DNA of 64,000 nt from an uncultured bacterium (GTDB lineage Bacteria; Babelota; Babeliae; Babelales; Babelaceae), in the NCBI GenBank assembly GCA_963722385.1, contig CAVRKK010000002.1, forward strand, positions 672,001 to 736,000, written 5' to 3'. Shown in pieces: positions 1 through 10,260 of the stretch. Each line of letters opens with the position of its first letter. The first letter of the stretch is position 1. A program made the translations under genes and the position numbers. Under the pieces are notes generated by a model, which had not been told where the DNA came from, searched no databases, and saw only the letters and a list, made by a program, of their open reading frames with translations.

Positions 1-1
1 G

Positions 2-931
2 CTTGAATCGAGCAAGCTTCCCCCTCAATGGGTAACTATCCTCAACAGTCGTTTTGATCTCATAATAGTTCCCGACGTTTATCATGTTAGTACCTATCAG
101 CGATCCGGGGTTACAACCCCCATTATTGTGCTGCCACCCATCTGTTATTTAGAAGAATTTCTCGCGCACCAAAGATCGATCTCGAGCGAAGAATTTATTT
201 TTGGCAACACCTCAGGTTTGTGGATTCACAAGAACCAGGACGTTCTTATTGAGGCTTTTGCAAAGGCATTTTCTAATGCACCGCGGGTAAAATTGCTCTT
301 AAATGCCAGAGGCTGTGATCCCGTTCTCTGTGAGCGTATTCGCAAAAAAATAGAAACCGTCAATGCAAATAATATTGAGTTGCAGGTAAAAAATCTTTCT
401 TGGAAGAATTATATCGACTATATGGCGTCATTAAATGTTTTTATTAGCCTATCTAAGGGTGAAGGCTTTGCTTTTGGCCCACGTGAAAGCCTTTCGCTAG
501 GTATTCCCGTTATTATATCTGATAATACCGCACATCGCACGCTCTGCAATACACCTTTCGTTTACTCCGTACCGGCACCGATTAGAGAGCCTGCTTATTA
601 CCCTATATTTGCCAAAGATTGCGGCTTCTTTTTTAATTGCTCCGTTGATGATGCCATTAAAGCTATGTTGGCAGTTTACCATAACTATGAACTATACCGT
701 AAAAAAGCGTTGATGGGTAGGCATTGGGTAAAGCGTTATCTTATGAAAAATTTATACAAAAAATACCTTAATGTGGTCAGGCCACGCCAGCTTATTTTGG
801 GAGAAAAAAATGAAGTTACCGATAGGTACCTTATGGTCAACTCGGTTGCCCTTTACCGAAAATATAAAGCACTTGAACCCGATAGCAACATGATCAAGCG
901 ACCAAAAAAAAGGGGGGTAAAAAAAGAATAA
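2..931 (+). CDS. GT-B/GT4-like glycosyltransferase, paralog 1 (5' end lies outside the window)
   Basis: The frame is open from base 2 (LESSKLPPQWVTILNSRFDLIIVPD) and matches the paralogs at 2136, 6472 and 9010. It carries the GT4 motif SKGEGFAFGPRESLSLG. Confidence 0.85.
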   Translation, partial: LESSKLPPQWVTILNSRFDLIIVPDVYHVSTYQRSGVTTPIIVLPPICYLEEFLAHQRSISSEEFIFGNTSGLWIHKNQDVLIEAFAKAFSNAPRVKLLLNARGCDPVLCERIRKKIETVNANNIELQVKNLSWKNYIDYMASLNVFISLSKGEGFAFGPRESLSLGIPVIISDNTAHRTLCNTPFVYSVPAPIREPAYYPIFAKDCGFFFNCSVDDAIKAMLAVYHNYELYRKKALMGRHWVKRYLMKNLYKKYLNVVRPRQLILGEKNEVTDRYLMVNSVALYRKYKALEPDSNMIKRPKKRGVKKE

Positions 932-1008
932 CATGGCGGTTTAAAAATTTATTGGCGCCATTAGTAACGAACTTCATTTAATGTAGCTGCAAAGGGAGAA
1001 AGGTAATA

Positions 1009-2133
1009 ATGGGCAGTTTATTTGGGCATAGGCGACCATACCAATTATTGTGTGCTATCTTGCTTATGGTAGGGGTAAGTCTTCCAATAAGCACGCGAAA
1101 AAGTGCCCCATTACTTGTGGGTTTTTGGAGCTCGTGGAATATCCCATGTGGCATAGCCATGTATACCAAGCATGTGAGTACAAACCTGGAGCCGTTGAAT
1201 TGCAAAACTTTTGCCTATAGCCATACGATGCCGTTAGAGCAACTAAAAAAAGCTATTATCAAGGACCGTATACAGGTTTTGAATATACAATATGAAGCAG
1301 GCATAATGCCGCCTCTTAAGATTTATCTTGATTTTGTTAAAACGATAAAGCAGTTTGGTGTAAAGGTGGTTGTCACAATGCACGATGAGCCCGACTTTGC
1401 TCAATCAATTGTGGAAGCAGCTGATTTTACCATATATCACAAGCAACCATATTATGTAAAAGGTTTAAAAAATAAAATTGCTATCTTGCCTATGGGCGTT
1501 CCGGTTTTTACGCCAAGCCTTTCACGACAAGAGATGCGCAAAAAATATGGGTATTCAGACAAGGAAACAATTTTGGTAACAACGGGATTTCTTCTTTTTA
1601 CCAAAGAGCTTGACGTCGTATTGAAATTGCTTGCGCCCCATCTTAAATCGCATCCTACCTATAGACTGCAGCTCTTGAATAGCGCAACGCCACGTAATAT
1701 GCCGATGTGCAAGATTGTCGATCAAAAGATTAAAGCGGTTTTAAATGCCTACAAGTTATGGAGGCAGGTATATTATACGGGAAAGTTTATTCCCCAGGAA
1801 GAATTAAGCGAAAGGATCTGGATGTCCGACTTAGGGTACCAATGGTTTAGTATGAACACGCATGCAAGTTCTGGTGCAGTGCGCGAGTTTATTGCGGCGC
1901 GGCTGCCTGTTGTCGTGCCTCGTTCTTCACATTATCTGAATGTTAACAAAGGGTTGGTTAAAGTAGCACGTGATAAAATTATATTTGTTCGCGAAATTTT
2001 GCAGACACTCGAAAACAAAGAAAAGCTCAAAAGGTTGACTACGCATATAGAGCAAGAATATAATCGCTTGAATTATCAGGCGGTTATACGTCACTATTAT
2101 AATATACTTAAGCAATGCGCAGCAAAAAAATAA
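1009..2133 (+). CDS. GT4-like glycosyltransferase with N-terminal hydrophobic segment
   Basis: SWNIPCGIAMYT N-terminal GT4-type motif, VVVTMHD, and SSGAVREFIAARLPVV nucleotide-sugar-binding region. Confidence 0.75.
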   Translation: MGSLFGHRRPYQLLCAILLMVGVSLPISTRKSAPLLVGFWSSWNIPCGIAMYTKHVSTNLEPLNCKTFAYSHTMPLEQLKKAIIKDRIQVLNIQYEAGIMPPLKIYLDFVKTIKQFGVKVVVTMHDEPDFAQSIVEAADFTIYHKQPYYVKGLKNKIAILPMGVPVFTPSLSRQEMRKKYGYSDKETILVTTGFLLFTKELDVVLKLLAPHLKSHPTYRLQLLNSATPRNMPMCKIVDQKIKAVLNAYKLWRQVYYTGKFIPQEELSERIWMSDLGYQWFSMNTHASSGAVREFIAARLPVVVPRSSHYLNVNKGLVKVARDKIIFVREILQTLENKEKLKRLTTHIEQEYNRLNYQAVIRHYYNILKQCAAKK

Positions 2134-2135
2134 AG

Positions 2136-3365
2136 ATGTTACACAAAATTTTGATATATAAGGTACTTTTTTTGCTTTCGTGCGTGGCATGTGCTACCTA
2201 TGACGTGACCATCGTAAGTTCAGTTATAGGGTTTGCGAATGGTTTAGAACGTGTGCCGCTCATGGTAGCTGATCTTTTAGGGGATAAGCTATCTATCAAT
2301 TTTGTGCCTCCCACTAAAATTGATTTCAAGGATGTACCGGTAAAAGTAGCTCGCTTAATTCGGAACTCTAAACGCCATGCAAGTAAGGTTGCTATCCTTT
2401 TTGATCCCTTATGGTATCCAAATCCGGGAGAAGCCTTTTACAAAAGGGTACCCTATGCACCCATCAAGCTGGCCTATTCTATGATTGAAAGTACGCAAAT
2501 TCCTTCAAAGTGGACGCAAATTCTTAATTCTTCCTTTGACGCCGTTATTGTTCCTGATGCCTGGCTTGTTCCTGTTTATCAAAGGTCAGGTGTCCACATT
2601 CCCATATTTGTCTTGCCGATAGGGCTTTATCTTGATGATTTTTTATCTAAGAGCGTGCCGCTTAGGCCAAACCGTGTTTTTACGTTTGGTTTATCAGCCG
2701 CTGGGGTTCATGGAAAAAACCATGAGTTGCTTATAAATGCTTTTTTAGAAGAGTTTGGTCAGAATAATCCCCATGTTAGGCTAAGATTACACAGCCGCGG
2801 TGGTAGTGAGGTAGAGAAAATTAAAGCATATGTTAAGCGCCTCAAGGTTTCTAACGTCGAGTTTATTCATAAGGTTTTTTCACAAAAAGAATATGTTGAT
2901 TTTATGGCAAGTATCGACTGCTATGTTACGTTATCAATGGGTGAAGGGTATTCAATTACGCCCCGTGAGGCGCTTGCACTTGGCCGGCCTGTCATTATTT
3001 CTGCTAATACGGCGCATCAGACTATTGTGGATGCCGGGTTTGTGCGTGCGGTACCGGCAGCTATTCCCGAAAAGGCTTTTTATTCGGTCTTTGGCAGCAA
3101 CCTTGGCTATAAGTTTAACTGTGACATCAAGCATGTTAAGATGGCTCTCCGTGATGTTTACTCAAATTACGCAAAATATCGGCAAAAGGCTCTGGCTGGC
3201 AGAGGGTGGGTCAAACGCTATAATTATAAAATGCTTGAGTCGTCATATCATATGCTGCTCCGGCCAAGCAAAATAGTACTTGGAAGCACCAACCAAATAA
3301 CGGACACTGCTTTAATAACGACGTCGCGTACCCTCTATAATAAATATAAAAGCATTGGATGCTGA
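2136..3365 (+). CDS. GT4-like glycosyltransferase, paralog 2, with signal peptide
   Basis: YSMIEST..P..W...FDAVIVPD and SMGEGYSITPREALALG motifs. Hydrophobic N-terminus. ATG 2136 preferred over 2115. Confidence 0.85.
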   Translation: MLHKILIYKVLFLLSCVACATYDVTIVSSVIGFANGLERVPLMVADLLGDKLSINFVPPTKIDFKDVPVKVARLIRNSKRHASKVAILFDPLWYPNPGEAFYKRVPYAPIKLAYSMIESTQIPSKWTQILNSSFDAVIVPDAWLVPVYQRSGVHIPIFVLPIGLYLDDFLSKSVPLRPNRVFTFGLSAAGVHGKNHELLINAFLEEFGQNNPHVRLRLHSRGGSEVEKIKAYVKRLKVSNVEFIHKVFSQKEYVDFMASIDCYVTLSMGEGYSITPREALALGRPVIISANTAHQTIVDAGFVRAVPAAIPEKAFYSVFGSNLGYKFNCDIKHVKMALRDVYSNYAKYRQKALAGRGWVKRYNYKMLESSYHMLLRPSKIVLGSTNQITDTALITTSRTLYNKYKSIGC

Positions 3366-3375
3366 TGAGAAATCT

Positions 3376-4164
3376 TTACCAGTTATGATCTTTTTCATAA
3401 CCAAGGGCGATTAAGACTTCTTCTAATTCACTCTGCTTGAAAAGCGCCTTGTCTTCGGCGGTAAAATGCTTGCGCCAACTGCCTATTTGACCTGCGCGAA
3501 ACGTGACGCCTTGGCCAAAAATATTTTTCAGACACCAGCCCAAACGGTTCGTTGTTAACGGCACTTCTAAATGAGCAGCGATCTTTTTTATTTCCTCTAC
3601 TTGTTTTGCCGTGGAGCCACCGCCCTTTCGACCGACCAAGTTTTCAAAACGAACCGGACAAAAAAGTGGATCATGGATCCATGGTAAAAAGGCAGAATAA
3701 TAGCGTGGGCTAATTTTAGTTATTACATGTTGAATAAGCGGTGATAGCGATTTGCCGGTTACCAGGTGGGCCGGGTAATGTTCTAAAAATGCTGGCTGGT
3801 TGGGAGCATCCTTAAGAACATGGAAGGCGAGCGAGACAACCTGGTCCCGCGGATCGCGATAAATCATGAGCCCCTTAAAGTTATTTTGTTGAAAAAAAGA
3901 AGTTGCCACTGGTGAGTAGACGGTATGGTAAAAATAAAAGCCATTCTTGAAATTCTTAGGTAACGGTGCCTTCATGTTTATAAGGTCTTTCAGGATATTA
4001 ATGCCTGGCCTGCGCGTAAGAAGCTCGAGGCACCTGGTCAAAAGGTGAGTCCCGCATTTAGGTATGGAATTGACAAATATGTTGCCCTTTTTATAGTCAA
4101 ACTTTGCAGCTAAGCTCAACTCCGTAGCGAGTATCATGATGATCAAGTATTTCACGTATTTCAT
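3376..4164 (-). CDS. PAPS-dependent sulfotransferase-domain protein with signal peptide
   Basis: 5'-PSB loop IPKCGTHLL, 3'-PB motif YRDPRDQVVS, VRFENL, and C-terminal FRAGQIGSW. Confidence 0.85.
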   Translation of the reverse strand: MKYVKYLIIMILATELSLAAKFDYKKGNIFVNSIPKCGTHLLTRCLELLTRRPGINILKDLINMKAPLPKNFKNGFYFYHTVYSPVATSFFQQNNFKGLMIYRDPRDQVVSLAFHVLKDAPNQPAFLEHYPAHLVTGKSLSPLIQHVITKISPRYYSAFLPWIHDPLFCPVRFENLVGRKGGGSTAKQVEEIKKIAAHLEVPLTTNRLGWCLKNIFGQGVTFRAGQIGSWRKHFTAEDKALFKQSELEEVLIALGYEKDHNW

Positions 4165-4321
4165 AGTGTTTCCTATCTGAGAATTGCCTGAAGAAGGTTA
4201 GCATAGGTATAAGCGGTGGGACAATAAAATTGTTTTAATTTATCGATTTAGAAAAAAATGAGAGTTTGATTAGCGAGGATAAATGGTATATATTTTGGGT
4301 AAGTGTTAAAAAGGAGGCCCT

Positions 4322-5101
4322 ATGAATCGTCTGAGTGTTGTATTTTCGATCTTAATAATGACCAGTATCGGCTGCTTGTCATTTCATATACCTGCTCACT
4401 TGGCAGATGAGGCATTTCTCGAGGAGTTTCGCGCTCATCTTGGAGCCTGCACATGGGAACCGCACAAACTTTATAGTGTCTTTACCCAATACGATAAGGA
4501 AAGTTACCTAGTAAATAAAGAAAAATATCTCAAAAAATATCAATCGCTTTACGCCATAGCCAAGACGATAAAGCCGAAAAAAATAATTGAGCTTGGTACC
4601 TCCGCCGGCTCGAGCGCTGATGCCTATATCTCGGGTTCCGGAGCGGCCTATCTAGGCATAGATACTTTTGGTATTGGATATGATGTCGATGACAAGCCGT
4701 GGGATCCGTATAAAATAGCAAACAAGTTATTTAAAGCCAGAAAATTTACTAATTATCGCCTGCTTAATATCAATCTGAGAGCGTTAGCAATGTTGCCAGA
4801 GCTCGCTGATATGGTAGTGGTAGACGCAGCCCATGATTTTGACAATGAGTATCAAGACCTAAAGTTAGCACTAACGGCCAAGCCGCGGTTTATACTCGTT
4901 GATGATATCAATGGTAAAGAGTGTGCTCTGGCGGTGAAAAAATTTATCAACCATGATGTCAAAGGCAGCGTTGAGTCTTTAGCAATAATCGAGTATGAGG
5001 GAAATGGTCTGATTATTAAGCTTAAGGATTCAGGAGCACCTCGATCGCATAAAAAGCATACTAAGTCACCTAAAAAAGCGGTCCCACAGCGAGAATTATG
5101 A
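4322..5101 (+). CDS. class I SAM-dependent methyltransferase (Methyltransf_24-like) with signal peptide
   Basis: [11 protein letters not shown] motif I, VVDAAHDF and ILVDD. Confidence 0.75.
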   Translation: MNRLSVVFSILIMTSIGCLSFHIPAHLADEAFLEEFRAHLGACTWEPHKLYSVFTQYDKESYLVNKEKYLKKYQSLYAIAKTIKPKKIIELGTSAGSSADAYISGSGAAYLGIDTFGIGYDVDDKPWDPYKIANKLFKARKFTNYRLLNINLRALAMLPELADMVVVDAAHDFDNEYQDLKLALTAKPRFILVDDINGKECALAVKKFINHDVKGSVESLAIIEYEGNGLIIKLKDSGAPRSHKKHTKSPKKAVPQREL

Positions 5102-6271
5102 ATTCAGTTTCTTATAGTTTTTAATATCTTCCTCAACCATAAGTTTTGTTAAAGTATCTAAATCTGTTTTTGGCTTCCAACCAAGTATTCTTTGTGCTTT
5201 AGAAGAATCACCTACGAGATAATCGACGTCGGCAGGACGAAAATTATGGGGATCAATTTTCACCATAATTTCTCCTGAGTTTTTATCAATACCTACCTCG
5301 TCGACTCCCGTTCCTTGCCATTCAATGGTTGTACCGATTTCTGCAAAGGCTCGCTTAACAAAATCGCGAACCTTATGAGTTTTGCCTGTCGCTATAACGT
5401 AGTCCTCCGGCTTTGGCTGCTGGAGCATAAGCCACATGGCTTCAACATAATCGGCAGCATAACCCCAATCACGTGAGGCATCGAGGTTGCCGAGATAGAG
5501 GATATCTTTTTTTCCACAGGAGCGGGCTGCAACGGCACGGCTAATCTTACGTGTCACAAAATTTTCACCCCGGCGAGGAGATTCATGATTAAACAAGATC
5601 CCATTACAAGCAAATATATTATATGATTCACGATAATTAACGGTAATCCAATAGGCATATAACTTGGCGACAGCATAAGGTGAGCGGGGATAAAAGGGAG
5701 TCGTTTCTTTTTGAGGGATCTCTTGTACTTTACCATAAAGCTCGCTCGTCGAAGCTTGGTAAAACCTTGTCTTGTCTTTCAGGCCGAGAGAACGTATTGC
5801 TTCTAATACCCGTAACGTCCCTATTCCATCAACGTCCCCGGTATGCTCGGGCTGATCAAATGAAATACCAACGTCGCTTTGCGCAGCTAGATTATAAATC
5901 TCGTCAGGCCGGATCTTTTGTATCAACTTAACAACATTTGCTGTATCGCTTATGTCGCCATAATGAAGCTTAAAACGATTCGAATTCGAATGGGCACGCG
6001 TCAGATGGTCAATTCGCTGGGTATTAGGTGATGAGCAGCGCCTTGTTACCCCATGTACCTCGTATCCCTTGTTGAGCAAGAATTCGGATAAATAAGATCC
6101 GTCTTGCCCGGTAATTCCCCATATGAGCGCTTTTTTAGGCTGGTGACTACGCGGTTGCTCAGATATGCTTCCTTGTGTATTTTGGGTAAGCATAAAGAAC
6201 CACGAGCATGTGATAGCTATTCCAAACGTCACCATAATAAAAAATTTTCTATTATTGAATATATTGATCAT
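5096..6271 (-). CDS. gmd: GDP-mannose 4,6-dehydratase with N-terminal TM/signal extension
   Basis: [49 protein letters not shown] and RDWG motifs. Confidence 0.95.
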   Translation of the reverse strand: MINIFNNRKFFIMVTFGIAITCSWFFMLTQNTQGSISEQPRSHQPKKALIWGITGQDGSYLSEFLLNKGYEVHGVTRRCSSPNTQRIDHLTRAHSNSNRFKLHYGDISDTANVVKLIQKIRPDEIYNLAAQSDVGISFDQPEHTGDVDGIGTLRVLEAIRSLGLKDKTRFYQASTSELYGKVQEIPQKETTPFYPRSPYAVAKLYAYWITVNYRESYNIFACNGILFNHESPRRGENFVTRKISRAVAARSCGKKDILYLGNLDASRDWGYAADYVEAMWLMLQQPKPEDYVIATGKTHKVRDFVKRAFAEIGTTIEWQGTGVDEVGIDKNSGEIMVKIDPHNFRPADVDYLVGDSSKAQRILGWKPKTDLDTLTKLMVEEDIKNYKKLNS

Positions 6272-6471
6272 TTTTCTGCCCCGCTTTACAACAATGCCAC
6301 GCCCTTTGTCGGTTGGATACTATCAAAACGCGCCCACGTTGTAAATATTACCGTTACTATTGAGTGATAAGCTTGATGGTAAAATTTTGAGCAAAAACTT
6401 GTAGCACAACGGCGCCATTTTTGTATAATAGCTTAATTAGTGGAGATTGATAATAAGCGAGGGAAAGCGCA

Positions 6472-7698
6472 GTGGTGAAAAAGTGGTTGCTCGTTATACT
6501 TGTTTCGTTCATTAAAATAAAAGCTGATGTTCCCGAGATAAATATTGTAGGGTTTATCAAGTTTGCCAATGGTTTAGGTAGGGTGACGACCACGTGGATC
6601 GATGCTTTGTCGCCCCATGTTAGAGTTAATTTTATTGATACACGGCCAACCTTTTCAAGTTCCGAAGACGTGCCAAGTTCGGTAAGAGCGATTGTTGATG
6701 GTAGAAAAAAAACTATCAGTAAAAAAGTATCGTTATTGACTGATAATTTATGGGTTCCTAAGCACAAGCACTACGATCGTGTACCTACTTCTTCTATTAA
6801 GCTTGCGTATTCTATGTGTGAATCTACGAAAGCGCCACGGCCCTGGGTTGATGCGCTTAATAAATATTTTGACGCTGTTCTCGTGCCTGATGAATTTTTG
6901 GTCGCTGTATATAAAACATCAGGGGTTCGCATACCTATTTTTGTGGTACCGCTTGCCCTTTATTTAGAAGATTTTCTCGCCCTTCCGCTCAAGCAAGCGG
7001 CGAATACGCCGTTCGTTTTTGGCATTTCAGCTGCTTTATCCCGCAATAAGAACGTATCGCTGTTAATAAAATCATTTGCCGCAGAGTTTGGCAATCGAAA
7101 AGATGTTATGCTGAAAATTCACAGTCCTTGGGAAGGTAATTGCGATGAGGTACGTGCACTGATAAGAAAGCTTAAGCTTAAAAATGTCTCTCTTTCAATA
7201 GGCAAACTTTCATGGAAAGAATACGTTGCATTTATGCGTGGTATCGATTGCTATTGTCTTCTTTCTTTGGGTGAGGGTTTTTCGATCACTGTTCGCGAAG
7301 CGATGGCGATAGGGACGCCCTGTGTCATATCGAATAATACTGCTCATACGACTATTTGCAATACGGGTCTAGTATATGGGGTGCCAGCGCTCCTGCGCCA
7401 AAAATCGGAAGGTGAATTTTACCACGTCGACGTTGGTTATAATTTTAATTGTCGCCTTGATGATGTACGCCAAGCCCTTCGTCATGTCTATCAGCAGTAT
7501 CCCTTGCACCTTGCACGCGCTCAGGAGAGGCGAACATGGGCATCGCACTATCTTATAAAAAATTGTGTGCCCATCTATAGTAATTTTGCACAACCCAAGC
7601 AACTTCGATATGGCACGCAACACAGCGTCGACGAGAGCGGCATCACGACCTCCGGCGCACTATACGAAAAGTACCAGGCTTTGTTAAGCAAAAAATAG
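6472..7698 (+). CDS. GT4-like glycosyltransferase, paralog 3, with signal peptide
   Basis: YSMCEST..P..W...FDAVLVPD and SLGEGFSITVREAMAIG motifs. Confidence 0.85.
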   Translation: MVKKWLLVILVSFIKIKADVPEINIVGFIKFANGLGRVTTTWIDALSPHVRVNFIDTRPTFSSSEDVPSSVRAIVDGRKKTISKKVSLLTDNLWVPKHKHYDRVPTSSIKLAYSMCESTKAPRPWVDALNKYFDAVLVPDEFLVAVYKTSGVRIPIFVVPLALYLEDFLALPLKQAANTPFVFGISAALSRNKNVSLLIKSFAAEFGNRKDVMLKIHSPWEGNCDEVRALIRKLKLKNVSLSIGKLSWKEYVAFMRGIDCYCLLSLGEGFSITVREAMAIGTPCVISNNTAHTTICNTGLVYGVPALLRQKSEGEFYHVDVGYNFNCRLDDVRQALRHVYQQYPLHLARAQERRTWASHYLIKNCVPIYSNFAQPKQLRYGTQHSVDESGITTSGALYEKYQALLSKK

Positions 7699-7790
7699 GA
7701 AGAAAATGCTTGATAAAATTCGACTCTTGTGCTAATTATCGCTATGATTAAGGCTGCTTTTGAGTTCCCTTGCATATTAAGAAATGTGGT

Positions 7791-8990
7791 ATGCTGAAAA
7801 ACTATTTTTATTGGTTATCTATTTTCCTCTTTGGCTGCCTATCTCAGTGTGCTTATCAATGGCTTCCTTATGGTGTTAATGATGAGCATATTTCTACGCT
7901 TATGTACGCAGCACGCCGAGGTGACATAGCTCTCATGGCATCAGCGCTGAATCAAGGTGATGATATTAATGCTATTTCAAAAAGTGGTATGACAGCGCTT
8001 CATTATGCAATAGGATTTGACCAAACAGAAGCTGCGGGCTATCTTATCACCCACGGTGCTCAGGTACATATTCTTGATCAATGGGAAAATACACCCTTGA
8101 GTATGGCACGTGGGCGCAATTTAGATCCTGTCGTCAGGGCGCTCGAAGAAAAGATTTTGTCATCGACCATAGATGGCCGGACAGTTATCGACAGCAATAA
8201 GCATTTTATTATTCTGGTTGCCTCGTTTAACAATGCTCGATGGTATCGGAACAACCTAGATTCGATTTTCATGCAAAAATATCGAAAATATACGGTGATT
8301 TATATGGATGATGTATCGACTGATGGAACTTTTAACCTCGTAAGATCATATTGTGCTCAAAAAAGCGACGCATCAAACATAATTCTCCTTAAAAATAAAA
8401 AGAAAAAGTTCTGCTTGGGTAACTATATATGGGCTATAAAGCGATTTTGCCCAAGAGACGCTATTCTTATCACGCTTGATGGTGATGATTGGTTTGCTGG
8501 AAATGACGTGCTTGCCTATTTAAACGAGGTATACAAAAATCCTGCCATTTGGCTTACCTATGGGGAGTCGGTGACCTACCCAGCTTATGTGAAAACGCCT
8601 CACTGTCGTCCTATTAGTGCGCGTTTATTTGATCAAAAAGGAGCTTTGCGCAGAAAATGTGCCCAAAGAGTTTTTTGGCCAGTTCATCATTGCAGGTCTT
8701 TTTATGGTTGGCTTTTTATGTTGATTGACAAAAAAGATTTCATTGATGCCAATGGGCGCTACTTTACGTTTGCCGAAGATGTTGCGTATATGCTTCCTAT
8801 GCTTGAAATGGCTGGTGCGGCGCACCATAAGTATATTTCAAAAGTTCTTTATGTATATAATCGAGCAAACCCGCTGGTAACGTCACGAACCCGCGGCACT
8901 GATGCGGTCGAGAACAAATTTTTACAGATTTGCCGCAAAGCGCCTTATGATATGCTCAGCGTGCGACCAGGGGACATGACGGCGCAATAA
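7791..8990 (+). CDS. signal peptide + ankyrin repeats + GT2 (GT-A) glycosyltransferase fusion
   Basis: Ankyrin motifs STLMYAA, GMTALHYA and NTPLSMA are followed by GT2 motifs YMDDVSTDGT, TLDGDDW and AEDVAY. Confidence 0.85.
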   Translation: MLKNYFYWLSIFLFGCLSQCAYQWLPYGVNDEHISTLMYAARRGDIALMASALNQGDDINAISKSGMTALHYAIGFDQTEAAGYLITHGAQVHILDQWENTPLSMARGRNLDPVVRALEEKILSSTIDGRTVIDSNKHFIILVASFNNARWYRNNLDSIFMQKYRKYTVIYMDDVSTDGTFNLVRSYCAQKSDASNIILLKNKKKKFCLGNYIWAIKRFCPRDAILITLDGDDWFAGNDVLAYLNEVYKNPAIWLTYGESVTYPAYVKTPHCRPISARLFDQKGALRRKCAQRVFWPVHHCRSFYGWLFMLIDKKDFIDANGRYFTFAEDVAYMLPMLEMAGAAHHKYISKVLYVYNRANPLVTSRTRGTDAVENKFLQICRKAPYDMLSVRPGDMTAQ

Positions 8991-9009
8991 AGTAAGCGAA
9001 AGGGCTTAA

Positions 9010-10260
9010 ATGCGATTATTCGTGTGTATTATGATGCTTGCCCACACTTTTTTACTGGTTGGCCACGATGTCAATGTTGTTGGCCTGATTGGTACGGAGT
9101 CTACCTCACCGCTTATTAGCACGACGATTATTGACGTTCTTAAAGACCACTTTTCAGTCAATGTTGTTGCGTCACGAGCACACTTGAGAGACAAGATTAT
9201 ACAAGCAATGTTTAAAAAGGATGTACCTTTTGATGTGCGGCGCGTTTCTCTTAATAGCGCGGTATTTGGCCCCGTTTCACTTCTTACTGATGTCATAGGC
9301 TATAAAGATCAACTTTTTTATAAAAATGTACCTAACACGGTGCTTAAATTGGCTTACTCGATGTTTGAATCTGATCGGTTGCCGCGTATGTGGGTATTGG
9401 CTATCAATCAAGATTTTGATGCGGTCATTGTACCTGATGCTACGTTAGTTGAGATATATCAAAAGTCAGGTGTACGAAAGCCCATCTTTGTTATACCTTT
9501 ACCGGTGTACGTTGAAAAAATGTTGGCAATGCCTGAAAAAAAGCTTGATAGCGGGCCTTTTGTATTTGGTGTATCCGCGGGATTTGCCGAAAGAAAAAAT
9601 TATCATGTATTACTCGAGTCATTTGCTCGCGAGTATAAGAATAGTACTGATGTGGTACTCAAAATTCATGGCAGCTGGGGCGAAAGTCGGCAGATCAGGA
9701 ATAAGATCCGGCAGCTTGGATTGCGTAACGTCCAGCTATTAGAAAGGGTGCTTACACGCGATCAATATACCAACTTTATGCGATCCTTGCATTGTTATAT
9801 ATACCTCTCTATGGGTGAGGGCTATTCATTAACACCCCGCGAAGCTGTGGCATTAGGTGTTCCCTGTATTCTTGCGGATCATACGGTTCACTGTGTGCTT
9901 GGCGGAATACCCAGTATACGCAAAGTGCCAGCGACCACGTGCGTGAAAGCATATTTTTCTGGCAACGAGCATTGCGGCTGCTATCATCAATGCTCGGTAG
10001 ATGCGGTGTGCGAGGCGATGAGGGACATGCGTGCTCATTATGCAGCCTATCTTGAGCAAGCGCAGAAAAGTCGCTCTATTGCTCGGGAGTTTTTGCGCCG
10101 GCATCTGGCGCCACTATTTGTAACGATTATTCGTCCGGAAACGCTGCGGCTTGGAAAAGTAAATATGGTTGAGCCAGGTCAGCTCATCACCAATGATAAA
10201 AAACTTTATAACAAGTATCTTGGCATTAGGCGTCTTGTGAAAAAGCAAAGGAGATCGTGA
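9010..10260 (+). CDS. GT4-like glycosyltransferase, paralog 4, with signal peptide
   Basis: YSMFESDRLP..W...FDAVIVPD and SMGEGYSLTPREAVALG motifs. Confidence 0.85.
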   Translation: MRLFVCIMMLAHTFLLVGHDVNVVGLIGTESTSPLISTTIIDVLKDHFSVNVVASRAHLRDKIIQAMFKKDVPFDVRRVSLNSAVFGPVSLLTDVIGYKDQLFYKNVPNTVLKLAYSMFESDRLPRMWVLAINQDFDAVIVPDATLVEIYQKSGVRKPIFVIPLPVYVEKMLAMPEKKLDSGPFVFGVSAGFAERKNYHVLLESFAREYKNSTDVVLKIHGSWGESRQIRNKIRQLGLRNVQLLERVLTRDQYTNFMRSLHCYIYLSMGEGYSLTPREAVALGVPCILADHTVHCVLGGIPSIRKVPATTCVKAYFSGNEHCGCYHQCSVDAVCEAMRDMRAHYAAYLEQAQKSRSIAREFLRRHLAPLFVTIIRPETLRLGKVNMVEPGQLITNDKKLYNKYLGIRRLVKKQRRS

